In this document: positions 9,378-21,077 of the stretch, piece after piece
Layout: each line of letters begins with the position of its first letter
How positions within the stretch are numbered: position 1 is the first letter of the stretch
Assembly (NCBI GenBank): GCA_031291275.1
Contig: JARLJJ010000423.1
Location: forward strand, 10,108 to 74,107
Direction of reading: 5' to 3'
Length of the DNA stretch: 64,000 nt
Source: Formivibrio sp.
GTDB taxonomy: Bacteria > Pseudomonadota > Gammaproteobacteria > Burkholderiales > Chitinibacteraceae
Notes under the pieces: generated by a model
Told to the model about the DNA's origin: nothing
The model's database searches: none
The model's input: only the letters and a program-made list of their open reading frames with translations
Position numbers and translations under genes: made by a program

Positions 9378-10148
9378 ATGTTCAGATTCTTGCGGGTCAC
9401 CGCCGCCATTACCGAAGCCGAACTGGCCAAGATGTTTCGCGAACCTTCGGCCCTGCTCTCGCGCGCAGTTCAACCCATTCTCTGGCTGGCCATATTCGGG
9501 CAGGTTTTCAGCCGGGTCCGCGGCATTCCCACCGGCGAAGTCAGCTATCTGGCGTTCATGACACCCGGCGTTCTGGCGCAAAGCGTCTTGTTCAGCGCCA
9601 TCTTCTACGGCATTGCCGTGATCTGGGAACGCGATCTGGGCATCGTCCACAAATTGCTCGTCACCCCGGCCCGGCGCGAAGCACTGGTATTGGGCAAAGC
9701 CATTTCCGCGGGATTGCGCGGTTTGGTGCAGGCCTCGATCATCTACGTGGTGGCACTGCTGATGCATGTGGAATTGCGCTGGGAAGTAAGCGCCATTGCC
9801 GGGGTAGCGACTGGCGTGGTGTTGGGTTCCGCCACATTCTCGACTTTTTCGTTGATCATTGCCTGCATCGTCAAGACCCGGGAACGATTCATGGGCATTG
9901 GTCAGGTGCTAACCATGCCACTGTTTTTTGCCAGCAATGCCATCTACCCGCTGGAAATCATGCCGGAATGGCTAAAATGGATCGCGCGCTTCAATCCGCT
10001 GACTTATCTGGTTGACCTGCTGCGCGGCCTGATGATCGTCAACGGACACAGTATCCACTCGGCCATCACCAATTGCGGGGTATTGCTGCTGACACTGGTC
10101 GTATTCATCCTGATTGCCGCGCGGCTTTATCCTTCGCTGGTGAAATAG
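9378..10148 (+). CDS. ABC-2 type transporter permease (DrrB-like)
   Basis: YLAFMTPGVLAQ, WERDLG, FFASNAIYP, NPLTYLVD; about 6 TM helices. Confidence 0.9.
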   Translation: MFRFLRVTAAITEAELAKMFREPSALLSRAVQPILWLAIFGQVFSRVRGIPTGEVSYLAFMTPGVLAQSVLFSAIFYGIAVIWERDLGIVHKLLVTPARREALVLGKAISAGLRGLVQASIIYVVALLMHVELRWEVSAIAGVATGVVLGSATFSTFSLIIACIVKTRERFMGIGQVLTMPLFFASNAIYPLEIMPEWLKWIARFNPLTYLVDLLRGLMIVNGHSIHSAITNCGVLLLTLVVFILIAARLYPSLVK

Positions 10149-10169
10149 CCCGCAGCGATGGCCAAGCGC

Positions 10170-10634
10170 CTACTCGCTGGCGTGGCGCAACAGCAGCAAC
10201 AGGCGCTTGTGGATATTGATGATCCGCCGCCGCCACAAACGCGGCTCCTTGGCATTGAGCGCGTGAATCGAGCGCAGATCCTTGATCTTGTCGTAGATGC
10301 TGGCGATCAGCAGGCTGGTCGGCTTGCCCGCCCACGGCGCCAGATCGCAGCCGGACAACCCCTCGAAATCCGGGATGGCAGAACGCTTGACCGTATTGAA
10401 ATCGAAGCCGCTTTCGTTAAGCCGGTCGAACACCACGGTAGAGAAACGTGGAATGACCGCCTCGGGCGGCACATCGTCCTCGATCACCCGAAAGCACAGG
10501 CGCGAATTTTCTTTCAGCTCCTCGACCAGCGCCCGCACATTGCCGCGGGTCTGTTTGTGCAGATCGCTGAACCACAGCATGGCCTTGGCACAACTGGACA
10601 CCACGGATAACAGGGGAGAAACGGAGGAGAGCAT
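10170..10634 (-). CDS. Hypothetical protein (~154 aa)
   Basis: Protein-like ORF from MLSSVSP with an upstream GGAAAA; converges on the ABC permease; function not recognised. Confidence 0.65.
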   Translation of the reverse strand: MLSSVSPLLSVVSSCAKAMLWFSDLHKQTRGNVRALVEELKENSRLCFRVIEDDVPPEAVIPRFSTVVFDRLNESGFDFNTVKRSAIPDFEGLSGCDLAPWAGKPTSLLIASIYDKIKDLRSIHALNAKEPRLWRRRIINIHKRLLLLLRHASE

Positions 10635-10764
10635 GGCTTTTCCGCAGGCAAAGGAATGGCAGAAGCGTAGCGGGGTGGCACCATCTGGGCAAGGCCCATT
10701 GAAATCGCCCGTGCCACGTTGAAATCGGGCGATTGCGTATCCGCCCCTTGCTGACAAAGTACAG

Positions 10765-10862
10765 GTAGGTCGGATAAGCCAAAGGCGCCATCCGACGCAT
10801 CGGATTCAAATACCCAATATCGGAAACCAAACGTCGGAAGGCGCTTCGCTTTTCCAACCTAC
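10765..10862. repeat. GTAG-type REP doublet (REPIN/BIME-like), copy 1
   Basis: GTAGGTCGGATAAGCCAAAGGCGCCATCCGAC ... GTCGGAAGGCGCTTCGCTTTTCCAACCTAC; near-identical copy at 40295-40380. Confidence 0.85.
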
Positions 10863-10878
10863 GCGGCTACGTTAGTGC

Positions 10879-11460
10879 TCAAGCATTTATCTCTGCATAA
10901 ACTTTCTGGATCAAGGTCAATGCTTCTCGGCAAAGTGGCATAACGGGTATGCCTTCGCCTCGCATGTTCCCAAAATGGAAGTCTTCCGGCAGCGACGCCC
11001 CCGCGACCATAATGGAGAGTGAACAGTGGTGCGTGTTCTTTTTGCGGATTTCGTAAAGCTGCTTGGTTATTGGTGTCAGCCCAGTTGTTTTCACATAATC
11101 CGGATTATTCTGGTTTTGAGTGATTTTTACGTGTTTGCGCAGAACTGCAAGCCCCTCAATATCTTCGTAAGGCTCTCCGCTCTCTGGGTCTGTGTACCTA
11201 AAGTAGGCTGTAAGTGCTGTGGATTCGAAGAAACTGTATGCTGAATTTAGGAATGCAGATACTAACCATCTGAATTTATTGCGCTCTGTTTCTATTGCAA
11301 GTGAATTAAAGAAAAACTCGCATTCTTTAAGCTTGTCGTCCCAGTCTGAAACTGATTCCATATCACAGCGACTGAACCAATCATTCAAATCGAATGTATC
11401 GATGTTAAACATTGGAAACCTAGAATCGATAGGGCCAGTATCAATTGGTTTTTCGTCCAT
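10879..11460 (-). CDS. AT-rich hypothetical protein, possibly HEPN-like RNase
   Basis: DKLKECEFFF...FRWLVSAFLNSAYSFFE helices and C-terminal R-x4-H (IRKKNTHH); starts 3 nt after the antitoxin stop. Confidence 0.7.
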   Translation of the reverse strand: MDEKPIDTGPIDSRFPMFNIDTFDLNDWFSRCDMESVSDWDDKLKECEFFFNSLAIETERNKFRWLVSAFLNSAYSFFESTALTAYFRYTDPESGEPYEDIEGLAVLRKHVKITQNQNNPDYVKTTGLTPITKQLYEIRKKNTHHCSLSIMVAGASLPEDFHFGNMRGEGIPVMPLCREALTLIQKVYAEINA

Positions 11461-11463
11461 GAC

Positions 11464-11664
11464 TTACTTCGCCATTTCAATCAACTCAATATCTTTCTTC
11501 AGCATCGAATTGACTAGAGTAGAGAGGGCCACGCCCTTGTTGTGGGCCAACTCGGCAAGCCGTGATTGGACTGGCTCATCAAGGTAAACCGGCAGATGCA
11601 ATTCCGCATCGGGGCGGTAGAATTTGCCGCGTGTTGCCTTGCTGAAATCGTATTCTTTGCGCAT
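11464..11664 (-). CDS. BrnA-like antitoxin (ribbon-helix-helix-like)
   Basis: MRKEYDFSKATRGKFYRP..LHLPVYLDEPV..LVNSMLKKDIELIE, directly downstream of BrnT. Confidence 0.8.
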   Translation of the reverse strand: MRKEYDFSKATRGKFYRPDAELHLPVYLDEPVQSRLAELAHNKGVALSTLVNSMLKKDIELIEMAK

Positions 11665-11689
11665 GGGGTTTACCTTTGCTTGAGTGTGT

Positions 11690-11983
11690 TTACTGGTCGC
11701 CTTGGTATTGCCGTTCTTCGTGCCGGGTAGCGAGCCGTGCGGAGATAATGCGCACCCGGGTCGTGGTTTCATTTTCATGCCAGGTATGTACTGCCACCAC
11801 CAACTTCCGGCCATCGACTTGACCCAAGGTAATCCAGCGATCTTCTTGTTCGCTGTGTTCTTCATCGAACAAGGTCAAAGCCAACGGATCATGGAAAACT
11901 TGTGATGCAGTCTCGAAATCCAGACCATGTTTCTTGAGATTTGAAGCAGCCTTGGCCGGGTCCCACTCAAACAACAGCCGCAT
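11690..11983 (-). CDS. BrnT-family toxin (DUF497)
   Basis: FEWDPAKAASNLKKHGLDFETA..VF.DP..DEEHSEQEDRWITLG..RIISARLATRHE. Confidence 0.92.
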   Translation of the reverse strand: MRLLFEWDPAKAASNLKKHGLDFETASQVFHDPLALTLFDEEHSEQEDRWITLGQVDGRKLVVAVHTWHENETTTRVRIISARLATRHEERQYQGDQ

Positions 11984-12070
11984 TGTTGCGCTCCTTTGAC
12001 CAGCCAATCCAAAAACAGTGCTTTGAAACCCATGTTAACGTCCTGCCAGTCATTCCTCAACCCGTAAACA

Positions 12071-12096
12071 ACAACGCCCGCAAAAGCGGGCGTTGT
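12071..12096 (-). terminator. Rho-independent terminator after the first gltD
   Basis: ACAACGCCCGC-AAAA-GCGGGCGTTGT, 11-bp stem followed by a T-rich tail on the minus strand. Confidence 0.7.
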
Positions 12097-12119
12097 CACA
12101 ACTAGGCTGCAGCCAAAAA

Positions 12120-13541
<1,422 letters not shown>

Positions 13542-13547
13542 TTACCT

Positions 13548-13662
13548 CGTAAGGCGAAAGGAGTGAGGTGTGAGGGGTAAAACCCGACAGCTCATACGCT
13601 TGCGCCAAATTCATCAGAACGGGGTGTGGCTGACTCCTCATGCCTCACCCTTAACTCCTCAC
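13548..13662. repeat. Inverted arrays of degenerate 7-nt repeats filling the gltB-gltD spacer
   Basis: CGTAAGG CGAAAGG AGTGAGG TGTGAGG ... ACTCCTC ATGCCTC ACCCTTA ACTCCTC. Confidence 0.65.
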
Positions 13663-16600
13663 TAGTCTTGCAAAAGACTGTCTAGCTTGGCCGCCTTCGG
13701 CTTAACCAGCCAGAAGGCATCCGCAGCAGCATCGAAATCTTCCAGCAGTTCCTTGCCAATCGAGCTGCCGGTCAGCTTCACATGCTGCTCCAGCTTCTCG
13801 CGCAGGAAGGCGCGGTGCGGCTCCATTGGCTCGGTATTCATGTGGTTGATGTCGATCAACTCGTTGTTGTAGCGATAGGCGAACTTGCGCTCCGGGTCGT
13901 AGACGAAAGCAAAGCCGCCGGTCATGCCCGCGCCGAAGTTGTAGCCGGTATCGCCGAGCACGATCACGCAACCACCGGTCATGTATTCGCAACCGTGGTC
14001 GCCCACGCCTTCCACAACCGCTGTCGCACCCGAGTTGCGCACTGCGAAACGCTCGCCCGCGGCTCCTGCCAGGAACAGCTCGCCGCCGGTTGCGCCGTAC
14101 AGACAGGTATTGCCGGCAATCACCGCATCCTGCGATTCAAAACCGCTGCCCTTGGGCGGGTAGATGATTACCTTGCCGCCAGACATCCCCTTGCCGACGT
14201 AATCGTTAGCATCGCCTTCCAGCTCGATCGTCAGGCCCTGGGCATTCCATACGCCCAAGCTTTGACCGGCCGAGCCGTTCAGCTTGATCGTCAGGCAATC
14301 CGCCGGCAGCCCTTCCGCACCGTGCGCCTTGGCGATCTCGCCCGAGAGACGCGCACCGATAGAGCGGTTCACGTTATGCACCGCATATTCCAGCACCTGC
14401 GGCTGCGCTGCCTTGATGCCGGCCAGCGCATCCTTCACCATCTGCTCGGCCAACTCGCCCTTGTCGAACGAGGGATTGGACGCTTCCACGCAGAAGCGCG
14501 GTTCCGCTTCGGCAATGCCGCCCTGGCTGAGCAGCACATCCAACTGCAGCTTGTGCTGCTTGTCGGTAATGCCGTTTTCCAGCGCCAGCAATTCGCTATG
14601 GCCGATCAGCTCTTCCATGCTGCGCACACCCAGCTGCGCCATCAGCTCGCGCGTTTCCTGCGCCACATAGGTGAAGTAGTTCATCACCATTTCCGGCAGG
14701 CCGATAAAGTGCTTGCTGCGCAGCTTCACTTCCTGCGTCGCCACGCCGGTCGCGCAATTGTTCAGGTGGCAGATGCGCAGGAACTTGCAGCCCAGCGCCA
14801 CCATCGGCCCGGTGCCGAAACCGAACGATTCCGCGCCCATCAGCGCCGCCTTGATCACATCCAGACCCGTCTTCAAGCCGCCGTCGGCCTGCACGCGAAC
14901 CCGGCCACGCAGGCCGTTGGCGCGCAATACCTGTTGCGCTTCGGTCAGGCCGAGTTCGAACGGCGTACCGGCGTATTTCACCGAAGTCAGCGGCGAAGCG
15001 CCGGTGCCACCGTCATGGCCGGAGATCGTGATCAAATCGGCGTAGGCCTTGGCTACACCAGCAGCAATCGTGCCAACACCGGGCTCGGCCACCAGCTTCA
15101 CCGATACCAGCGCCTGCGGATTGACCTGCTTCAAGTCGAAGATCAGTTGAGCCAAGTCTTCGATCGAATAAATATCGTGATGCGGCGGCGGCGAAATCAG
15201 GCTGATGCCCGGCTTGGCGCAGCGCAGCTTGGCGATCAAGGGAGAGACCTTGTCGCCCGGCAACTGGCCGCCCTCGCCCGGCTTCGCGCCTTGCGCCACC
15301 TTGATCTGCAGCACTTCGGCATTGACCAGGTAATGCGGCGTCACGCCAAAGCGGCCCGAAGCGATCTGCTTGATCTTGGACATTTTGACCGTGCCGTAGC
15401 GCACCGGGTCTTCGCCACCTTCGCCCGAATTGGAACGCGCGCCGAGGCGGTTCATGCCCTCGGCCAGCGCTTCGTGCGCTTCTGGAGAGAGCGCACCGAG
15501 CGACATACCGGCGGAGTCGAAACGCTTCAGGATGGCCTCGACCGGTTCGACTTCCGACAATGGAATCGCCTTGGTCGCATCCAGCTTCAGGCCCATCAAG
15601 TCGCGCAACATCGCCACCGGGCGTTCGTTCACCAGCGCGGCGTATTTCTTGTATTCGGCGTAATCGCCGCCCTGCACCGCCTTCTGCAATTGCATCACCA
15701 CGTCCGGGTTGTAGGCGTGGTATTCCTCGCCGTGGACGTATTTGAGCAAACCACCTTGCCCGATCGGGCGCATCGGATTGAAGGCCAGCTTGTTCAGTTG
15801 CTTTTGATCGGTTTCGAAATCGGCAAAATCCGCGCCGGAAATGCGCGATACGGTGCCGGTCAGGCACAGCTTGACCACGTCTTCATGGATGCCGACCGCT
15901 TCAAACAATTGCGAGCTGCGGTAGGACGCAACCGTCGAAATACCCATCTTCGACAGAATCTTCAGCAAACCCTTGTCGATGCCCTTGCGGAAATTGGCAC
16001 AGGCTTTATCCAGCGGATAGTCAATCTGCCCCAGATCGATCAACTCCTGCACCGTTTGATAGGCCAGGTACGGGTAGATGGCCGTGGCGCCGTAACCAAT
16101 CAGGCAGGCAAACTGGTGCGGATCGCGCGTGGTCGCGGTTTCGACCACGATATTGGTCTTGCAGCGCAAGCCGCTGTTGACCAACGCATGTTGCACCGCG
16201 CCGGTGGCAAACAGTGCATGGATCGGCAAGCGGTCCTTGGCGATGGCGCGGTCGGACAAGACCACGATCACCACGCCGTCGTTCCGTACCGCAGCCAGCA
16301 CCCCGGCCTGCAGGCGTTCGATCGCGGCCTTGAGGTTCTCGGTTGCCGGGTCGTAGGAAAGATCGAAGCAGCGGCTCTTGTAATCCGGATCGATCTGCCC
16401 GGTCAGGATCCGGAATTTGCGCCCGGAGAGGATCGGCGAGCGCACTTCGATGCGCTTGGCGTTGTATTCCTCTTCCAGGAACACGTTGCGTTCGGAGCCG
16501 AAACAGGTGTTCAGCGACATCACGATCGCTTCGCGGATCGGGTCGATCGGCGGGTTCGTGACCTGCGCGAACTGCTGGCGCAAGTAATCGAACGGCGAGC

Positions 16601-18095
16601 GCACCTGTTGCGACAACACTGCCATCGGCGTGTCGTCGCCCATCGAGCCGATGGCTTCCTGGCCATCTTGCGCCAACACGCGCAGCACCTGATCGCGCTC
16701 TTCAAAAGTCAGCTGGAACTGCTTCTGGTAGGCGAGCAACAGGCCCTTGTCCCACAACTGCACGGCGCCCGGATCGGCGCTCTCTTCGAGCTGGATCGCG
16801 TGGCGCTTGATCCACTGGCGGTACGGGTTTGCCGACTTCAGCCGGTTGTCGATGGTTTCGGTATCGAGGAATTCGCCCGTCGAGAGATCGGCCGCGACGA
16901 TCTGGCCCGGCTTGACGCGGCCTTTCTTCACCACGTCTTCCGGCTTGTAGTTCCACACGCCGATTTCGGAGGCGATGGTCAGATGGCGATCCTTGGTGAT
17001 CACGTAGCGCGCCGGGCGCAGGCCGTTGCGGTCGAGCATGCAACCGGCATAGCGGCCATTGGTCCAGACGATACCGGCCGGACCGTCCCAAGGTTCCATG
17101 TGCAGCGAGTTGTATTCGTAGAACGCGCGCAGGTCGCGGTCGTTGCTGTCGACGTTCTGCCAGGCCGGCGGCACCAGCATGCGCATGGCGCGGAAGATAT
17201 CGATGCCGCCCATCAACAGGCCTTCGAGCATGTTGTCGAGGCTCATCGAGTCCGACCCGTTGGTCTGCACGATCGGGCGCACGCTGTCCATGTCCAGATG
17301 CGGCGTTTCCAGGATCGCTTCACGCGCCTTGGCCCACAGCCGGTTGCCGGCGACGGTGTTGATTTCGCCGTTGTGCGCAAGGAAGCGGAACGGCTGCGCC
17401 AGCTTCCACTGCGGCCAAGTGTTGGTCGAGAAGCGCTGGTGGTACACGGCGAGCGACGATTCGAAACGCGGATCGCCCAGGTCCGGGTAGAACACAGGCA
17501 GGTTGTCCGGCGTCACCAGGCCCTTGTACGAGATCACGTGCGGATTGAGCGTGGGCAGGTAGAACGCTGCGTCCGCAGCGTTGGCCTTCTCGGCCAGGCG
17601 GCGTGCCTGGTAGAGCTTGCGCTCGAACGCGAGATCATCAAGATCGGCCGGGCAGTTCACGAACACCTGCTTGAACAGCGGCAGGGTCTTGAGCGCATAT
17701 TCGCCGCAGGCCTCGATATTGGTCGGCACGGTGCGCAATCCGGCATAAACCAGCCCCTGTGCTTCGATGGCGTGTTTCAGATTGGCAAGCGATTCGTCGG
17801 CAGTGTGGAACACCAGGCCCGCCGCATAACGCTCGGCCAGCGCAAAGCCGTTCTCAGCCGCCACGGCGCGCAGGAAGCCATCGGGCTTGCGGAACAGCAG
17901 GCCGCAGCCATCGCCCGATTTGCCGTCGGCGGCGACTGCGCCACGGTGCGTCAGACTGGCGAGCGAGCTGATCGCGGTGGAAACCAGCCAATGCGAAGGC
18001 TTGTCGTCCATCTGCGTGATCAAACCGAAACCGCAGCTATCCTGTTCAAACTGTGGGCTGTACAGCGTGCCCTGCAACCTGCTTTGTCTGTCCAT
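13662..18095 (-). CDS. gltB: Glutamate synthase large subunit (copy 1)
   Basis: EQDSCGFG (N-terminal catalytic Cys), [45 protein letters not shown] domain. Confidence 0.96.
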   Translation of the reverse strand: MDRQSRLQGTLYSPQFEQDSCGFGLITQMDDKPSHWLVSTAISSLASLTHRGAVAADGKSGDGCGLLFRKPDGFLRAVAAENGFALAERYAAGLVFHTADESLANLKHAIEAQGLVYAGLRTVPTNIEACGEYALKTLPLFKQVFVNCPADLDDLAFERKLYQARRLAEKANAADAAFYLPTLNPHVISYKGLVTPDNLPVFYPDLGDPRFESSLAVYHQRFSTNTWPQWKLAQPFRFLAHNGEINTVAGNRLWAKAREAILETPHLDMDSVRPIVQTNGSDSMSLDNMLEGLLMGGIDIFRAMRMLVPPAWQNVDSNDRDLRAFYEYNSLHMEPWDGPAGIVWTNGRYAGCMLDRNGLRPARYVITKDRHLTIASEIGVWNYKPEDVVKKGRVKPGQIVAADLSTGEFLDTETIDNRLKSANPYRQWIKRHAIQLEESADPGAVQLWDKGLLLAYQKQFQLTFEERDQVLRVLAQDGQEAIGSMGDDTPMAVLSQQVRSPFDYLRQQFAQVTNPPIDPIREAIVMSLNTCFGSERNVFLEEEYNAKRIEVRSPILSGRKFRILTGQIDPDYKSRCFDLSYDPATENLKAAIERLQAGVLAAVRNDGVVIVVLSDRAIAKDRLPIHALFATGAVQHALVNSGLRCKTNIVVETATTRDPHQFACLIGYGATAIYPYLAYQTVQELIDLGQIDYPLDKACANFRKGIDKGLLKILSKMGISTVASYRSSQLFEAVGIHEDVVKLCLTGTVSRISGADFADFETDQKQLNKLAFNPMRPIGQGGLLKYVHGEEYHAYNPDVVMQLQKAVQGGDYAEYKKYAALVNERPVAMLRDLMGLKLDATKAIPLSEVEPVEAILKRFDSAGMSLGALSPEAHEALAEGMNRLGARSNSGEGGEDPVRYGTVKMSKIKQIASGRFGVTPHYLVNAEVLQIKVAQGAKPGEGGQLPGDKVSPLIAKLRCAKPGISLISPPPHHDIYSIEDLAQLIFDLKQVNPQALVSVKLVAEPGVGTIAAGVAKAYADLITISGHDGGTGASPLTSVKYAGTPFELGLTEAQQVLRANGLRGRVRVQADGGLKTGLDVIKAALMGAESFGFGTGPMVALGCKFLRICHLNNCATGVATQEVKLRSKHFIGLPEMVMNYFTYVAQETRELMAQLGVRSMEELIGHSELLALENGITDKQHKLQLDVLLSQGGIAEAEPRFCVEASNPSFDKGELAEQMVKDALAGIKAAQPQVLEYAVHNVNRSIGARLSGEIAKAHGAEGLPADCLTIKLNGSAGQSLGVWNAQGLTIELEGDANDYVGKGMSGGKVIIYPPKGSGFESQDAVIAGNTCLYGATGGELFLAGAAGERFAVRNSGATAVVEGVGDHGCEYMTGGCVIVLGDTGYNFGAGMTGGFAFVYDPERKFAYRYNNELIDINHMNTEPMEPHRAFLREKLEQHVKLTGSSIGKELLEDFDAAADAFWLVKPKAAKLDSLLQD

Positions 18096-18299
18096 CGCTT
18101 GCAACCTTTAGCAAAAGCATTCAAACCGCCAGACCGGTGCGAACGTCTTAAAACGCACGCCCACTCATCCGACAAAAGGGTCAACAATATATACCTATTA
18201 GGGTTTTCCCGCAATTGCAACGGGGGCAAACAAATTAACCGTCTATCAACCTGATTCCGGAATTACCATATAGTCCATTGATCCTTGCCTGGATTTTTC

Positions 18300-20168
18300 A
18301 TGCGCACCCTGTTTATTGCCTTGTTGCTGATTGCCATCCCGGTTCATGCCGCGCGATATGCCGAACTCGACGAGGCGCGCATTGCCGCCATCGCCCCCTT
18401 GCTGCCCGCTTTTCCGCGCGGTATCGGTGCGGATTGCGCCAACCGCACCGTCTGGGATCAGCCAGCACTGGCGCTTCGCCTCTCTGCACTGACCCAGGAG
18501 GCCGAGAAACTGCTCACCCGCCCGTTTCCAGCCTGGGATGACAACGCCTATCTGGAGTATTCAAGGAACGGCAGCCGGCCGAACGGTGAGCGCATGATGA
18601 ATGCACGCAAGGCATGGCTCTACCCCTTGGTGATCGCCGAATGCCTGGAAAACAAAGCAAGATTCCTGCCCGCGATTGAGCACACGCTGATCGAACTCGA
18701 CACCCAGCCGACCTGGACTTGGGCCGCGCACGACAAGCGTCTGCGCAATTTTAAAAATCAGGATTACGAGGTGGATCTGCTGGCGGCGGATATGGCGAAT
18801 GACATCGCCCAGGCGCTTTACCTGCTTGGCGATGCGCTCAGTCCAGCTGTGCGGCAGAAAACGCAGGCGGCACTGGAGGAGCGCATCTTTGCACCGCTGC
18901 GCCGCAGCTTTGCCACCGGCAACAAAGATAATTGGTGGCTGCATGCTGACCACAACTGGAACGCGGTCTGCTTGAAGGGAACTGTCGCCGCCGCGCTGGC
19001 CGCCCTGCCCGACCGCCAGGACCGTGCGCTATTTGCCGCGGCCGGCGAGCATTACATCCGGCATTTTCTGGCAGGCTTTCCAACCGATGGTTACAGCACG
19101 GAAGGGCCGGGTTATTGGAATTACGGCTTTTCGCATTTCACCGAATTGCGCGAGGTACTGATGCAGGCCACGGGCAACCGGTTCGATCTGTTTGCCGATT
19201 CCAAGGTGCGCAACATCGCGCTCTATGGCGCGCGCATCGAAATGCTGCCCGGCAATATCGCCGCGTTCAGCGATGCCAATGCAAAGGAAAAAATCGATGC
19301 GTTCACACTGGCCTACAGCAACGAGGCATTCGAGCTGGGGCTACCGCTGAAATTGTCCACCGTGCCGATCAGCACCAAGCCAGGCGGCAATAGCGCGCCT
19401 TTATCCGTCACCGCCATGCAACTGTTCTCCCATCCGTACGTCATCGCCAGTCAAACCGAAGCACTCGATCCGCTGCGCAGTTATTTCGATCAGGTTGGCG
19501 TGCTGGTTACCCGCCCGGCGCCGGGCGATGGAAGCAGGCTCGCCGCGAGCATCAAATCCGGCGGCAACGCCAACCACAGCCACAACGACATCGGTTCCTA
19601 CACCATCGCGCTCGGCAATGAACAGCCTACCGGCGATGTCGGCCGACCCGTGTATTCCAGCAAGACCTTCAGCAAAGCGCGCTACACCATCAAGGCCATC
19701 AACTCTTACGGCCACCCTGTTCCCGTGGTTGCCGGTGAGTTGCAACGCGAAGCCACTAAAGTCAAACCCAAGGTACTCGCCACCCGCTTCACGGCGGATG
19801 CCGATGAAATCACGCTCGATCTGGCGCCAGCCTACAACGTCTGGTCACTAAAAGCGCTCACCCGCACCTTGCGCCATGAACGCGCCAACGGCGGCACGAT
19901 CACGATTGAAGATCGTTTCGAATACACCAGTGCGCAGACCTTCGAAACCGCACTGACCACGCTCGGCAACTGGCAGCGACGACCGGATGGCACGCTGGAG
20001 CTTTGGCAAAAGAATGAACATCTGCACGTACGCATCGAAGCATCTGCCCCATATGAAGTGAGCGCAGAGAAGATCGACGAGGAAGGCCTGGCCTTCACCC
20101 GCATCGCAATCCGGCTCAAGGAGCAACAGCAAGCGGGGTGGGTAAAAGTGGCAATGCAGGCAATGTAA
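18300..20168 (+). CDS. Secreted heparinase II/III-family polysaccharide lyase-like protein
   Basis: Signal peptide MRTLFIALLLIAIPVHA; HNWNAVC, EGPGYWNYG, NHSHNDIGSY, NSYGHPVP motifs. Confidence 0.8.
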   Translation: MRTLFIALLLIAIPVHAARYAELDEARIAAIAPLLPAFPRGIGADCANRTVWDQPALALRLSALTQEAEKLLTRPFPAWDDNAYLEYSRNGSRPNGERMMNARKAWLYPLVIAECLENKARFLPAIEHTLIELDTQPTWTWAAHDKRLRNFKNQDYEVDLLAADMANDIAQALYLLGDALSPAVRQKTQAALEERIFAPLRRSFATGNKDNWWLHADHNWNAVCLKGTVAAALAALPDRQDRALFAAAGEHYIRHFLAGFPTDGYSTEGPGYWNYGFSHFTELREVLMQATGNRFDLFADSKVRNIALYGARIEMLPGNIAAFSDANAKEKIDAFTLAYSNEAFELGLPLKLSTVPISTKPGGNSAPLSVTAMQLFSHPYVIASQTEALDPLRSYFDQVGVLVTRPAPGDGSRLAASIKSGGNANHSHNDIGSYTIALGNEQPTGDVGRPVYSSKTFSKARYTIKAINSYGHPVPVVAGELQREATKVKPKVLATRFTADADEITLDLAPAYNVWSLKALTRTLRHERANGGTITIEDRFEYTSAQTFETALTTLGNWQRRPDGTLELWQKNEHLHVRIEASAPYEVSAEKIDEEGLAFTRIAIRLKEQQQAGWVKVAMQAM

Positions 20169-20195
20169 AGACAGTGGCAACTTCCTGGTCGCAGG

Positions 20196-21077
20196 TCAGA
20201 CTACGCGGCGCAGCAGCGCCCGCGGGCTGAACCCGGTCACCAGCACCGTGCCGGCAATGATGGTGGACGATCCAAGCACCGTGTTCCAACCCACAGCTTC
20301 ACCCAAAAACAGCCTGCCCCAGAGAATGCCGAATACCGGAATCAGGAAAGTCACTGTCAGCGTGGAGGTCGCACCCACATCGGCCACCAGACGGAAATAC
20401 AGCAAATAGGCCACGCCGCTGCACAACACACCCAGCGCCAGCACCGCGAGCCAGATGCCCGTACTCGGCATCGCACTGGCAGGCGACAGCCACGCTACCG
20501 GGGCGATCAGCAAGGTCGCCGCCCACATGCTGCCGTGCGCATTGGCAAAAGCATCAGAAGCGCGCGCGGTTTTGGCATAGGTCGTGGCGATGCCATAACA
20601 ACCAGCCGCCAGTACGGCAGCCAGAATGGCTACGCCGGCACCGGGCAGAAAAGTGATCCGGTCAAACCCCACCAGCAAACTCACGCCCAGTATTCCCAAT
20701 CCCAAGCCCAGCGAGGTTTTGATCGTGAGGGCCTGACGTGACCAGAGTGCGCCGATCAGCGCGCCCCAGATCGGCGCAGTGGCATTCAGGATCGACAGCA
20801 TGGAGGCCGACAGCGTTCTGGCGGCAAAGGCAAACAGGAAAAAGGGCAAGGCCGAATTGAACAGGCCCAGGATCAGGTAATGCTGCCAATACTCGCGCGC
20901 CTTGAGGGCTTTACCCAACAAACGCGCCACCAGCAGCAAAAATACCGCCGCGAACCCCACCCGGAGCAAAACCAGCAGACCCGGCCCGAGAACCGGTGCG
21001 GCAATGCGCATGAACAGAAACGATCCACCCCAGATGGCAGCAAGAATCACCAGTCGCAAAAAGCTGGCCGCGCCCAT
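20196..21077 (-). CDS. EamA/DMT family transporter
   Basis: LAAIWGGSFLFMR, LNATAP, AYLLYFRLV..G; about 10 TM helices. Confidence 0.9.
   Translation of the reverse strand: MGAASFLRLVILAAIWGGSFLFMRIAAPVLGPGLLVLLRVGFAAVFLLLVARLLGKALKAREYWQHYLILGLFNSALPFFLFAFAARTLSASMLSILNATAPIWGALIGALWSRQALTIKTSLGLGLGILGVSLLVGFDRITFLPGAGVAILAAVLAAGCYGIATTYAKTARASDAFANAHGSMWAATLLIAPVAWLSPASAMPSTGIWLAVLALGVLCSGVAYLLYFRLVADVGATSTLTVTFLIPVFGILWGRLFLGEAVGWNTVLGSSTIIAGTVLVTGFSPRALLRRVV

Noticed and set aside
11664-11865. N-terminal extension of the 133-aa antitoxin ORF
   Set aside because: It overlaps brnT; the BrnA-like sequence starts at MRKEYDFS (11664).
13548-13662. CRISPR array or tRNA in the repeat-rich spacers
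   Set aside because: No regularly spaced 23-47 bp direct repeats, no cas genes and no cloverleaf motifs seen by eye.
13782-18254. 1490-aa ORF on the + strand
   Set aside because: Antisense shadow of gltB caused by biased codon usage; no recognisable domain. Similar shadows occur over gltB2 (29341-31440, 32734-34155).
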